Assembly (NCBI GenBank): GCA_044222185.1
Contig: JBGANV010000001.1
Location: 704,001-768,000, forward strand
Length of the DNA: 64,000 bases
Source: Planctomycetota bacterium
GTDB taxonomy: Bacteria; Planctomycetota; GCA-002687715; CAIWVZ01
Direction of reading: 5' to 3'
A program made the position numbers and the translations under genes. Positions within the stretch are counted from its first letter, which is position 1. Each line of letters begins with the position of its first letter. Of this stretch, positions 9,209 through 18,466 are shown one piece after another. The notes beneath the pieces were generated by a model. That model was given only the letters and a program-made list of their open reading frames with translations. It did not search any database and was not told the origin of the DNA.

Positions 9209-10513
9209 ATGGACACATCCATTTCGAGGAACGGACGGTGGGCGGTGATTGGCCGCGCGTCTCGGATCATCGGAGCCGCGGTCCTGGTCTCCTTGGCCGT
9301 CTCCGTGGGCGCCATCGCGCAGACTCCGACGCTCGACGCGCAGAAGAAACTGGCGAGCAGCTACCTCAAGGCGGAGGCGGCGGGCCGCGGTGAGCTCGGT
9401 GCGAAACTCGACGCTCTGCCCGCGCTCACGAAGGCCGACGTCTCGGCGTGGACGGCGTGGCTCAAACGCGAGCTGAAGTCGGGAACGAAACTCGAGGACA
9501 AGGGGACGAACTACTTCTATGACGCGAAGCAGAAGCGGGGGAAGTACATCGTCTCGGGAGCGGGCAACACGAAGGGGCTCGTGTTCGGACTCCATGGCGG
9601 CGGCGTGGGCTCGGCGGATTGCACGGGGGCGGCGAGCGCGTTCCGCGGCGTGATCGAGAACGCGGGGATGATCGGCATCTACCCGGAGGCGATCGAAGCG
9701 ACGGAGGCCGCATGGGGCGACGACGTCACGGTGACGTTCCTGCTCGACCTGCTCGCGGCGGCGAAGCGCACGTTCAACTTCGACTTGAACCACGTGTACG
9801 TCATCGGCCACTCCATGGGAGGATATGGCGCGTGGACGTGGGGCGGACGGTTTTCGGACCGTCTGGCCGCGGTGGTGTCGTTCGCGGGGTCGCCCACTCC
9901 GATCTGGGGCGCGTCGAAGGACCTCATCGGTATCCAGCAGGGCGTGCTCGCGAACCTCTACACGGTTCCGATCTGGGTGTATCACTCGACCGACGACCCG
10001 CGCGTGCCGATCCAACCCGTCCAGTTCGCGATCGCCGAGCTGAAGCGCATGAAGGCCGAGCGCCAATCCGGTTTCGACTTCGTCTACGAGGAGGTCGAGA
10101 AGCGCGGCCACGACTTTCCCGCGAAGGGGCCGGGACCGGCCATGACGTGGGCGGCGAGCAAGACACGCACACCGCGCCCGAAAGTCGTGATGTGGGAGCC
10201 GTTCTACGAGCGACCCGATCGGCGGTATTGGATCGCCGCCGAGCGTCCCGCGCGCGGCGTCGGCATCGAGGGCCGATGGGACGGCAAGTCGTCGTTTGCG
10301 ATCACGGGCTCGGGCGCCAGGGATGACGCGGGCATCTCGGTCCTTCTCAGCGATGCGATGACGGACCTGGACAAGCCTGTCGTGGTGAAGGTCGGCGACA
10401 AGACGGTGTTCGAGGGCGTTCCCAAGAGGACGCTCAGGGCACTTCTCGACAGCTTCATCGCGCGTGAGGATCCGGACCTGCTGTTCTCGGCCATGGCGCC
10501 GCCGCGGCCGTGA
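9209..10513 (+). CDS. Secreted alpha/beta-hydrolase (esterase/peptidase-like)
   Basis: Signal peptide, LHGGG oxyanion region, GHSMGG nucleophile elbow, HSTDDP and GH acid/His positions. Confidence 0.85.
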   Translation: MDTSISRNGRWAVIGRASRIIGAAVLVSLAVSVGAIAQTPTLDAQKKLASSYLKAEAAGRGELGAKLDALPALTKADVSAWTAWLKRELKSGTKLEDKGTNYFYDAKQKRGKYIVSGAGNTKGLVFGLHGGGVGSADCTGAASAFRGVIENAGMIGIYPEAIEATEAAWGDDVTVTFLLDLLAAAKRTFNFDLNHVYVIGHSMGGYGAWTWGGRFSDRLAAVVSFAGSPTPIWGASKDLIGIQQGVLANLYTVPIWVYHSTDDPRVPIQPVQFAIAELKRMKAERQSGFDFVYEEVEKRGHDFPAKGPGPAMTWAASKTRTPRPKVVMWEPFYERPDRRYWIAAERPARGVGIEGRWDGKSSFAITGSGARDDAGISVLLSDAMTDLDKPVVVKVGDKTVFEGVPKRTLRALLDSFIAREDPDLLFSAMAPPRP

Positions 10514-10533
10514 GGGCTGTGCGGGGAGCTTCG

Positions 10534-10932
10534 ATGCACGACGACATCCTGCGATTCCCGACGGCGAGGAAACATGACCCGGCGATCGACGCGTGGCTCG
10601 ACGCGCAGCGCCCGGAGTTCCGTCCGCTCGTGCGCACGTGGTTCGAGCGCATGCGGCGGTGCGGCACCGACGTGCGTGAGCTGATGCACGACGGATGTCC
10701 GACGGCGTGCGTGGGCGACGCTGCGTTCGGCTACGTCAACGCGTTTCGCGAGCACGTGAACGTGGGGTTCTTCTTCGGGGCGTTGCTGGATGACCCGGCC
10801 CGGCTGCTCGAAGGAACCGGCAAGCGCGGACGCCACGTGAAGCTCCGGCCCGGCCGCGAGGTCGATGCCGCGGCGCTCGGCAGACTCGTCGAGACGGCCT
10901 ACACCGACATCCGGGCGCGGCTGCGCAGTTGA
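10534..10932 (+). CDS. DUF1801 (YdhG-like) protein
   Basis: HVNVGFFFGALLDDPARLLEGTGKRGRHVKL signature. ATG 10534 follows GGGGAG. Confidence 0.85.
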   Translation: MHDDILRFPTARKHDPAIDAWLDAQRPEFRPLVRTWFERMRRCGTDVRELMHDGCPTACVGDAAFGYVNAFREHVNVGFFFGALLDDPARLLEGTGKRGRHVKLRPGREVDAAALGRLVETAYTDIRARLRS

Positions 10933-11127
10933 CCGCGGCCCGCTGCGCGCACACGGGACGGTCGCTGCGGATCACTTCTGCTTCGCGAGCCGTTCGAGCG
11001 CAGCCGCCAGGTCGGCCGGGTCGATCGGCACGGCGATCTCGACCTCGTCCCTCGTGTCTGGGATCGTGACGCGCGACAGGAGTTCGAGGTGCTCACACCT
11101 GGCGTATGGATTCGCCATCTTGTCGAA
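10930..11127. repeat. 198-bp direct repeat, copy 1 (3' end of P2 plus downstream intergenic DNA)
   Basis: 196/198 identical to 12110..12307; mismatches at 10995/12175 and 11008/12188. Confidence 0.95.
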
Positions 11128-12048
11128 AGCCAATTCGTGGCCGACCGTGAGCGTGACCGCATAGTCGCCGGGCGTCATGAGCGCGCGGAGTTCCTGCCGG
11201 GACGCCGGTGCGGGCTCCCGGCCGCCCTGGATCGTGATCCAGTGATGGGGGAGGCGGGCACCGCTCTCGGCCCGGCCAACGCTCAACGCTGCGGAGACGC
11301 GCCTCTCCTTGATGAGCGTGGGAATGACGAAATCGCGCGGCAACGTGAGGCGCACAGGGACGGCGCGGTCGAGCGTCACGCGCATCCTTGGGAGCGTCAG
11401 CGGAACCTCCTTCCAACGGAATCCGGGCGCAATGACGCCGAGAATCGAGGGCGTGAAGTGTTCACTTGGCGTTGCCCGTGCGATCGCGTGACCGAGTTCA
11501 TCGGTGCGGCTCTCGCTCGGAGCGAAGTAGAAACCTCTCTCCGAGACGAGTAATGCCGACGCCGGATCGAATGCGGCGACCGCGGCTCCGCGAATCGCGC
11601 GTCCGTCCGTGTCGGTCACTTCGACGGCGAAGATGTCGCGTGGTGCCACGACCACTGGCGCGTGGATCTTGCGCCCTTCGGTCAGGTCGAGTCGACGCAA
11701 GACCATTCGCGCGGCCTCGAGCCCCATCGGCGCCCAATCGATCTGCCAGGACGCGGAGGTGAGCCCCAGCTTCCATTCGCCGCCCGGGCCGAGCGGGGCT
11801 CCGACGGTCACGTCGCGGGGCGGCTGTCCGATCGCTCGCAGCGTCGTCGTCGCCACCATCTTCGTCCACTCGACGGGAAACCCCGCCGGCGTGACGATCC
11901 TCCCGCTGACGTGAACGGGGCTCGGTGCGGAGTCCGGGCGCGATTGGGCCGTCGGCGCCTGGCTCACGACCATCGCGGCCATGAAGGCTGCCGTCACCGC
12001 CGAGACGACGGGATTGAGGCCGCATGGTACGTCGAGAGTTGCTCGCAT
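10972..12048 (-). CDS. Secreted hypothetical protein, paralog P2
   Basis: Signal peptide VVS|Q, VSGRIVTPAGFPVEWTK. Start set at ATG 12048, which has TATGAT 10 nt upstream as in P3. The track extension to 12276 reads through the repeat and P3. Confidence 0.75.
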   Translation of the reverse strand: MRATLDVPCGLNPVVSAVTAAFMAAMVVSQAPTAQSRPDSAPSPVHVSGRIVTPAGFPVEWTKMVATTTLRAIGQPPRDVTVGAPLGPGGEWKLGLTSASWQIDWAPMGLEAARMVLRRLDLTEGRKIHAPVVVAPRDIFAVEVTDTDGRAIRGAAVAAFDPASALLVSERGFYFAPSESRTDELGHAIARATPSEHFTPSILGVIAPGFRWKEVPLTLPRMRVTLDRAVPVRLTLPRDFVIPTLIKERRVSAALSVGRAESGARLPHHWITIQGGREPAPASRQELRALMTPGDYAVTLTVGHELAFDKMANPYARCEHLELLSRVTIPDTRDEVEIAVPIDPADLAAALERLAKQK

Positions 12049-12109
12049 GGAGTTGCGGATCATAGTCCAAGGGCTGTTTGCGGTCAGCCTCAAAGGCGCG
12101 TCGGGCAAG

Positions 12110-12307
12110 TGACCGCGGCCCGCTGCGCGCACACGGGACGGTCGCTGCGGATCACTTCTGCTTCGCGAGCCGTTTGAGCGCAGCCGCAAGGTCGGCCGGG
12201 TCGATCGGCACGGCGATCTCGACCTCGTCCCTCGTGTCTGGGATCGTGACGCGCGACAGGAGTTCGAGGTGCTCACACCTGGCGTATGGATTCGCCATCT
12301 TGTCGAA
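12110..12307. repeat. 198-bp direct repeat, copy 2 (3' end of P3)
   Basis: Offset 1180 bp from copy 1. Confidence 0.95.
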
Positions 12308-13252
12308 TGGAAACCCGTACCCGATGTTGAGGCCGATCGTGTACGTGCCCGGCGTCATTAGGGCGCGAAGCTCCGGGCGCGACTCCGAAATGGGGCTCCG
12401 ACCGCCCTGGGTCGTGAGCGATTGATGGGGGAGGCGCGCCTTCCGATTCGCGGGCGCCGCGACGATTTCGGCCGAAAGGCGGTGTCCGTTGAGCTGTGCG
12501 GGGAATGCGAGGTCGCCGCGCGGCGTGAGTCGGACGCTCACCGCGCGGTCGAGTGTCACGCGCACCCGGCGCGGCACGAGGGGCACCTCCCTGAAGCGGT
12601 AGCCTCGTGCGACCACGCCGACCGTGGTCGCGTCTGAGTTGGATCGGTACCTCCTCGTGCGGACGACGGCGTGGCCATGCTCATCTGTGGATGCGGCGTC
12701 AGTCACGCCTGAGAAAGGAAGAAAGCGATCGCCGTCGAAAGTCGGGCACACGCCATCGTCGATGCTCGCAACCTCGGCCTTCGCCACGGCGCCGCCCTCC
12801 GTGTCGGTGACCTCGACACCGCAGAGATCATCCGGCGCGACGAATGTCGGAAGCGCCCAGTCCACTCTGCCGTTCGGAGCACCGCCAGAAAGCGAGACCT
12901 CGACGCGCGCCTGGTCGACGCTCGCGACACTCCATTCGATCGTCCATTCGTGTCGGTCGAGGTCCAAGCTCCATTCACCGCTCGGGCTGATCGGCGCTTC
13001 GACCCTGATGTCCTTGCGGAAGTACCCAAGCACGTATGCCGTCCGCTTCGCAAGGACCTTCGTCCACTCGACGGGAAATCCCGCCGGCGTGACGATCTTC
13101 CCGCTGACGTGAACGGTGGGCGGGCTGGAGCCCGGCCGCGACTCGGCCGTCGGTGCCTGTCCGACGAGCGTGAGGCACAGAACTGCGCCGACGACCGCTT
13201 GGAGACACCGCATGACGCGATCACGGCCCGCTGCCGTTTGGGGTTGGCGCAT
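12152..13252 (-). CDS. Secreted hypothetical protein, paralog P3
   Basis: Signal peptide LVG|Q, VSGKIVTPAGFPVEWTK. Last ~50 aa identical to P2 except one residue. TATGAT 10 nt before ATG 13252. Confidence 0.75.
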   Translation of the reverse strand: MRQPQTAAGRDRVMRCLQAVVGAVLCLTLVGQAPTAESRPGSSPPTVHVSGKIVTPAGFPVEWTKVLAKRTAYVLGYFRKDIRVEAPISPSGEWSLDLDRHEWTIEWSVASVDQARVEVSLSGGAPNGRVDWALPTFVAPDDLCGVEVTDTEGGAVAKAEVASIDDGVCPTFDGDRFLPFSGVTDAASTDEHGHAVVRTRRYRSNSDATTVGVVARGYRFREVPLVPRRVRVTLDRAVSVRLTPRGDLAFPAQLNGHRLSAEIVAAPANRKARLPHQSLTTQGGRSPISESRPELRALMTPGTYTIGLNIGYGFPFDKMANPYARCEHLELLSRVTIPDTRDEVEIAVPIDPADLAAALKRLAKQK

Positions 13253-13294
13253 GCTGCGTCGGATCATACCGGCCCATTGCACGCCGGGTCGGGG

Positions 13295-14488
13295 TCACGC
13301 GATCACGTTCGTCAGCAAATGCTCCCGCAGGTTCCTCCACGGGATGGCGACGACGCCGCCCCCCAGCGGCGCGTCTGCGGCCGTCTCGCACGCGAGGACC
13401 ATGGACCCGACCTCGGCGCCGACGGTCGCTCTCCATTTGACCAGGGCATCGGCCATCCGCGGAACCGGAGTCGCGTTGGCTTTCGCCTCGATCGCGTGCA
13501 GCCTCCCGCCGAGTTCGATCACGACGTCGACCTCCAGCCCATCGGACGACCGGAAGAAGGACATCGCCGGCTGGTCACCAAGGTTCCGGAACGTCCGCAT
13601 GACCTCGCCTACGACGACCGTTTCGAAGAGCGCCCCCCGCGACGCCCCATCCCAGAGGATCTGCGGATCACGGTGTCCGGAGAGATAGGCCGCAAGGCCT
13701 GTGTCTGCGAGTTAGAGCTTCGGTGACTTCACCAATCGTTTGCTCGTCGAGCGCGACCACGGTGTGAGCCTGTAGAGGACACCACTGGTTTCGAGGACCG
13801 ATAGCCACCGCGTCGCCGTGGTCGGCGATACGCCGGCGTCGCGGGCGAGCTCATGGAGATTGAGGAGCTGGGCCGTGCGCGCTGCACACAGCCGCAGGAA
13901 CGTCTCGAACGTCTGAAGGTCGGTGACCTGTGTGAGACTGCGCACATCACGCTCGAGGTACGACTGAACGTAACTCGACATCCAAAGTCGCCAGTCGAGG
14001 CCCTGATCGAGGCGTGGCTGGGGGAAGCTGCCGCGCAAGAGCTCGTCCGCCGTGGAGAGGCGGAGGCTCATGGGGATCTCGGCGGCCGCGAGGCCCATCA
14101 GGTGAAGGATCGCGGCGCGGCCGGCGAGACTCTGCGACACGTTGGACATGAGCGCGAACGTCTGCGACCCGGTCATGATCCATCGCCCCGGTGCGCGATC
14201 CTCGTCGATGGCGGTCTTGATGTACGAGAGGATCTCGGGCGCGTTCTGGATCTCGTCGAGGATCAGCGGAGGCGAGTGGGTGCGAAGGAAGGCGCGCGGA
14301 TCGGAAGTCGCTCGCGAACGCGCGTCCGGGTCTTCGAGTGTGACGTAGCGGTGTGTCCCAGCGAGTTCCTGTCGAAGCAGCGTCGTCCTGCCTGTCTGGC
14401 GCGCGCCCGTGACGACCACTGCCGGGAATCCGGCCAAGGCCGACCTCAGCGCGGCCGCCATGTGTCGCTGTATGAGCTGGCTGGACAA
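13295..14488 (-). pseudogene. AAA_14 ATPase / DUF4143 protein interrupted by an in-frame TAA
   Basis: VVTGARQTGRTT (Walker A Lys->Arg), LILDEIQ, IMTGSQ, SLAGR, YLERDVR, then KRLVKSPKL*LADTGLAAYL...ALFET...EVDVVIE...AIEAK. The stop at 13712..13714 is in frame with the 13295..13600 ORF. Confidence 0.85.
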
Positions 14489-14504
14489 CGCGTTGCGATC
14501 TTGT

Positions 14505-14537
14505 TTGCAAATCCACTTTCTGAAAGTGGATCTGCAA
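14505..14537. promoter_or_regulatory. 33-bp AT-rich palindrome (candidate operator)
   Basis: TTGCAAATCCACTTTC-T-GAAAGTGGATCTGCAA; arms match 15/16. Lies directly upstream of the AAA_14/DUF4143 gene. Confidence 0.6.
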
Positions 14538-14651
14538 GAACCGGCAGCAACCCGTGGCGAAGTCCATTGGGGACAAGGGCTTGGAGGCGAGAGAAACGGG
14601 CCCACCGAGGGCAGTGGCGGAGCTTTCGCACAGGGCTCATGGTCTGCCGCC

Positions 14652-14678
14652 GAAACGCCCCAGCACCGGCTCGGTCTT
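14652..14678 (+). promoter_or_regulatory. Possible ECF-type autoregulatory promoter
   Basis: GAAAC-17 nt-GTCTT just upstream of the ECF sigma gene. Confidence 0.3.
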
Positions 14679-14688
14679 ATGACGTGTC

Positions 14689-17600
14689 GTGACGAAGGCA
14701 CCCACACCCATGGACCCGGCGACTCTTGCGATCGAAGCGCGATGGCTGCGACGGCTCGTCGGACAGCTTGCGCTGCCGGAGGCGGACGCGGACGACGTGG
14801 CGCAGACCACGTGGCTGCGCGCGCTGAGCGCACCGCGAGCGGGGATCCGGAACGTGCGCGGGTGGCTCGCCGCGATCGCAGGCAACGTGCGTCGCGATGT
14901 GATCACCCGCAGGCCCAAGCAGGTCCGTTGGGAGCAAGCGGCCGCCCGCAGCGAAGTCGAACCTGTGGGCGCGGACGCCGTCGCGCGCGCCGAACTGCAC
15001 CGGCAGGTCGTCGAGGCCGTGCTCGCGCTTGCGGAGCCGTACCGCACGACGGTCCTATGGCGCTTCTTCGAGGACCTCTCGACGACGGAGATCGCACGCC
15101 GCCACGGCGTCGCGGAAGAGACCGTCCGCACGCGGTTGCACCGGGCCCTGAAGCGGCTGCGCGAAACCCTCGACGGACGCTACGGCCATCGGAGCACGTG
15201 GCTCGTCGTTGCCGCCTCGGGCGCAGGCGAGGTGACCCGCGCAGCCGTCGCCACCGGAGGAGTCCTCATGTCGGCGAAGCCCATGCTCGGCGTGGCGTCC
15301 ATCGTGTTCCTTGCGGTCGGGTGGCTCGTGTTCCGCGAGCCCCTCGCGTCGGGCGGTGCTCGGGTCGGACGGCCGGCGGCGATCGCCGAGCGCCCGCTGG
15401 CCGACGCCGCGCCCCGCCCCCACGCCACGCCAGCACGCGCCGCCGACTCGCACGTCACGACGCCCGCCCCGCTCGTCGTGTCGTCGTTCCGACCCGACGT
15501 GAAACGGACGATCACCGTCACGGGACGCATCGTCGACGCCCGCACGCTCGTGCCCGTGCGCGACGCCCACGTGCAGCTCGAGTTCGAGGACGCGAGCGTG
15601 CGCGTCCCGGACGGCGTCACGACGGACGACGGCCGCTTCACCATGGCATTCACCGGAGAATCCACCCTCGTCGCGCACGTCGTCACGCACGCCGATTACG
15701 CGCCTGCGGTGGCCGACGCTCGCGCGGCGTTCGACGCGGCCGCCGCGCGTCCGGGCGCCATCCGCTGCGATCTCGGGACCATCTCGTTGATGCGCGGCAC
15801 GGCTGTGCGCGGGCGCGTCCTTCATTCGAAAGACGACACGCCGGTCGCAGGCGCTCGGCTCGCCGTCGCGAACGCCGATCTGATCGCCCAGCCGTTCCGT
15901 TGGTGCGGCCTGAGACCCTGCGGCGACTCGGACGGGGATGGTTGGTTCACGCTCACGGAGCGCATCGCACCGTTCGCTTCCGGCATGCCCACGTTGTTCG
16001 CGATCACGCCCGAGGGTGCCGGCTGGGCGAAGCTCGCGGTCGTCGACGGGTTGGAGACGCTCGATGGCATCGTCGTTCACGTGGCCGAGTCGGCCGTCGT
16101 TCACGTACCCGTGGTCGACACGGACGGGAACCCGATCGCCGGCGCGACGGTGACCGCCGTTCCCAGGTTCAACCCTCTCGGCAAGCCCGACGACGGAGGA
16201 CCGGACCCCTCGGTCGGCCTCTTCGCCCGCGATGAGCGGTTCGTCGCGCGAACGGATGCGCGTGGGATCGCCACGCTCCGCGGGCTTGCGATCACGGCGG
16301 GCGACTCCGCGTCGACGTCGCCGTTTGGCACCGAGCGGACGTACGACTTCATCGCGTCGGCACCGGGCCACACGCGGATCACCATGCGGGCGTGGCCATC
16401 TCCCGGCGAGACCACGCTCGCCTCGATCGCGTTGTCGGCGACGGTGCCGTGGGAAATCGCGGGGAGCGTCCGCGGTGGTGACGGCGCGGGTATCGGCGGA
16501 GCCCAGGTTCGCCTCGTCGGGTCAGATTCGGCACCCACGACGACGGACGCGGATGGGCGCTTCCGCCTCGGCGGCCTCGACACCTCCGTGTCGCGTGCCC
16601 AGGTCGACGTGTCCGCGACGGGCTTCGGATCGCGCCTGTGCGTCGTCTGGCGGCCGGCGGAGGGAGGCGTGGCGAACCTGGATGTCGTGCTGCATCGCCG
16701 GCGCCCGATCGAGGGCCGGGTCGTCGACGAAGCCGGCGGGCCGATGCGCGGCGTCCGCGTCGCGATCGCGGCCGAGCCCGCGACGCGTGGGGCGGAGGCG
16801 GATTCGACCGCGACGACGACGGATGATGCGGGCCACTTCGTCTTCTCCGATGCGACCGTCGCCCGCTGGACGCTCACGGTCCATGCGCCGGAGGGCTTCC
16901 AGCCGATGCGCCCTCGACGAATCGGCGAAGGTGAGCGCGAGGTGCTCGTCCGGCTCTTCGCGCATCGGCGGGGCCGCGCGCGCGTCACGATCGACGTCGT
17001 GGACGAGGCGACGAACGCGGCAGGGCTTCCGACGACGGCGTCCCTGGTGGAAGACTGCCCTCGGTTTCGGGGCGATGCGCCGTCGACTCTCGAGTGCCGT
17101 CGAAGCGTGGGACAGGTTTCCGCCGAGTGCGTCCCCGTGGGGAACTGGCAGGCGCGGGTCGAGTTCCAGGACGGCCGCTCCGCGGCGATGGCATTCGCCG
17201 TCGGCGAGTCGGACGATCACGTCCGCCTGCGCATGATCGTCGGCGCGAACGCGCGGATCCGTGGTCGCCTCGATTGGTCGGCGGTGGCCGAGGGGCTGCG
17301 CCGCCCGACCTCCCTCACCGTCGATCCGCCGTACGCGGCGACCGACGGCGGCGGGGCACACGGCCTCGTCAGCATCGGCGCGGGGACCTCGGACTCATTC
17401 GTCCTCGCGGACGTCACCCCGGGAGACGTCGTGTCGCTTCGACTGGCCGATCCCGAGTTCTGCGGGTCCGCTCAGGTGTCCGCGAAGGCCGCCGAAACCG
17501 CCGACGTCGTGATCCCCGTCCACCCGGCGACGCTCCTCGTCTTCGATTCGCCCAAACGGGACGTGGGGGTCACGATCTCGCTGCGTGATTCCCGGGGAAT

Positions 17601-17799
17601 CTGGCGCAAAGCCGCCAGCGAGCTCGCGGGAGCCGATGGCGGGCTCTACCTGCGGGTTCCACCGGGGAAGACTCACTGGCGTGCCGAGATCTTCGACCTG
17701 TTCATCCCGGCCGATCGACGTCGACCCATCGCGACGCAGGTGGGCGACGTCGAGCTGTCCGCCGGAGACGAGCGCAGGATCTCCTTGGACGTCGAGTGA
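14689..17799 (+). CDS. ECF sigma-70 factor fused through a TM helix to a large ectodomain of carboxypeptidase-regulatory-like repeats
   Basis: Region 2 DADDVAQTTWLRAL...GWLAAIAGN; region 4 EIARRHGVAEETVRTRLHRALKRLR; TM MLGVASIVFLAVGWLVF; repeated GRVVD..G.P..GA.V / TD.DGRF motifs. Confidence 0.88.
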   Translation: MTKAPTPMDPATLAIEARWLRRLVGQLALPEADADDVAQTTWLRALSAPRAGIRNVRGWLAAIAGNVRRDVITRRPKQVRWEQAAARSEVEPVGADAVARAELHRQVVEAVLALAEPYRTTVLWRFFEDLSTTEIARRHGVAEETVRTRLHRALKRLRETLDGRYGHRSTWLVVAASGAGEVTRAAVATGGVLMSAKPMLGVASIVFLAVGWLVFREPLASGGARVGRPAAIAERPLADAAPRPHATPARAADSHVTTPAPLVVSSFRPDVKRTITVTGRIVDARTLVPVRDAHVQLEFEDASVRVPDGVTTDDGRFTMAFTGESTLVAHVVTHADYAPAVADARAAFDAAAARPGAIRCDLGTISLMRGTAVRGRVLHSKDDTPVAGARLAVANADLIAQPFRWCGLRPCGDSDGDGWFTLTERIAPFASGMPTLFAITPEGAGWAKLAVVDGLETLDGIVVHVAESAVVHVPVVDTDGNPIAGATVTAVPRFNPLGKPDDGGPDPSVGLFARDERFVARTDARGIATLRGLAITAGDSASTSPFGTERTYDFIASAPGHTRITMRAWPSPGETTLASIALSATVPWEIAGSVRGGDGAGIGGAQVRLVGSDSAPTTTDADGRFRLGGLDTSVSRAQVDVSATGFGSRLCVVWRPAEGGVANLDVVLHRRRPIEGRVVDEAGGPMRGVRVAIAAEPATRGAEADSTATTTDDAGHFVFSDATVARWTLTVHAPEGFQPMRPRRIGEGEREVLVRLFAHRRGRARVTIDVVDEATNAAGLPTTASLVEDCPRFRGDAPSTLECRRSVGQVSAECVPVGNWQARVEFQDGRSAAMAFAVGESDDHVRLRMIVGANARIRGRLDWSAVAEGLRRPTSLTVDPPYAATDGGGAHGLVSIGAGTSDSFVLADVTPGDVVSLRLADPEFCGSAQVSAKAAETADVVIPVHPATLLVFDSPKRDVGVTISLRDSRGIWRKAASELAGADGGLYLRVPPGKTHWRAEIFDLFIPADRRRPIATQVGDVELSAGDERRISLDVE

Positions 17800-17923
17800 G
17801 GGGAGGGCGAGACGTTCACCGCGGTCAATCCTGACCCGCGGACTTCGTTTTCCGGCTGCGATGCGGCTGCTACGATCGCGCCCACCCCGGGCCGACCGTC
17901 GTCGGTTCACTTGGAGTCGCGCC

Positions 17924-18466
17924 GTGCCGGAAAAGAGCGTCATCACACTCGATGTCAACGGTCGCAAACACGAGGTCGCCGTCCGCCCGCACGACATCCT
18001 GCTCGACGTGCTGCGGAACGACCTGGGCTACATCGGGACGAAGCGCGGCTGCGATCAGGGATCCTGCGGCTGCTGCACGGTCCACATCGACGGCCGGCCC
18101 ACGCTCGCCTGCCTGACGCTCGCTCACTGGGCGGTGGGACACGCCATCACGACGATCGAAGGCGTCGCTGGCACGACGGATTCGCACCCGCTCCAGGCAG
18201 CCTTCGAGAACTGCGGCGCGACACAGTGCGGCTACTGCACGCCGGGCTTCATCATGTCCGCCAAGGGACTCCTCGATCGCTGCTCCGAGCCGGACGACGA
18301 GACCATCAAGGAACACATCTCCGGCAACGTCTGCCGGTGCACGGGATATCTCCAGATCATCGAGGCTGTCCGACTCGCGTCCGACCAGCTCAAGGCCAAG
18401 GAACGACCTCATGACGACCACGCACGAGTGGAACATCATCGGGAAACCAGTCCCGCAGGTCGGTAG
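17924..18466 (+). CDS. hcrC: 2x[2Fe-2S] small subunit of a xanthine-oxidase-family enzyme (4-hydroxybenzoyl-CoA reductase gamma-like)
   Basis: TKRGCDQGSCGCCTV, ACL, QCGYCTPG, GNVCRCTGY. GTG 17924 follows GGAG. Confidence 0.8.
   Translation: MPEKSVITLDVNGRKHEVAVRPHDILLDVLRNDLGYIGTKRGCDQGSCGCCTVHIDGRPTLACLTLAHWAVGHAITTIEGVAGTTDSHPLQAAFENCGATQCGYCTPGFIMSAKGLLDRCSEPDDETIKEHISGNVCRCTGYLQIIEAVRLASDQLKAKERPHDDHARVEHHRETSPAGR

Noticed and set aside
10930-12307. 198-bp repeat as a DGR template/variable repeat or an att site
   Set aside because: Only two mismatches, both copies are coding, and there is no reverse transcriptase or integrase in the window.
13712-13714. In-frame stop as recoding (selenocysteine, pyrrolysine or alternative code)
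   Set aside because: It is TAA at a Tyr position, neighbouring genes use standard stops, and the gene has a second lesion.
18411-18466. 56-bp overlap of hcrC with hcrA as a programmed frameshift or fusion
   Set aside because: hcrC is complete before the overlap and hcrA has its own AAGGA RBS; a stop-loss tail is the simpler explanation.
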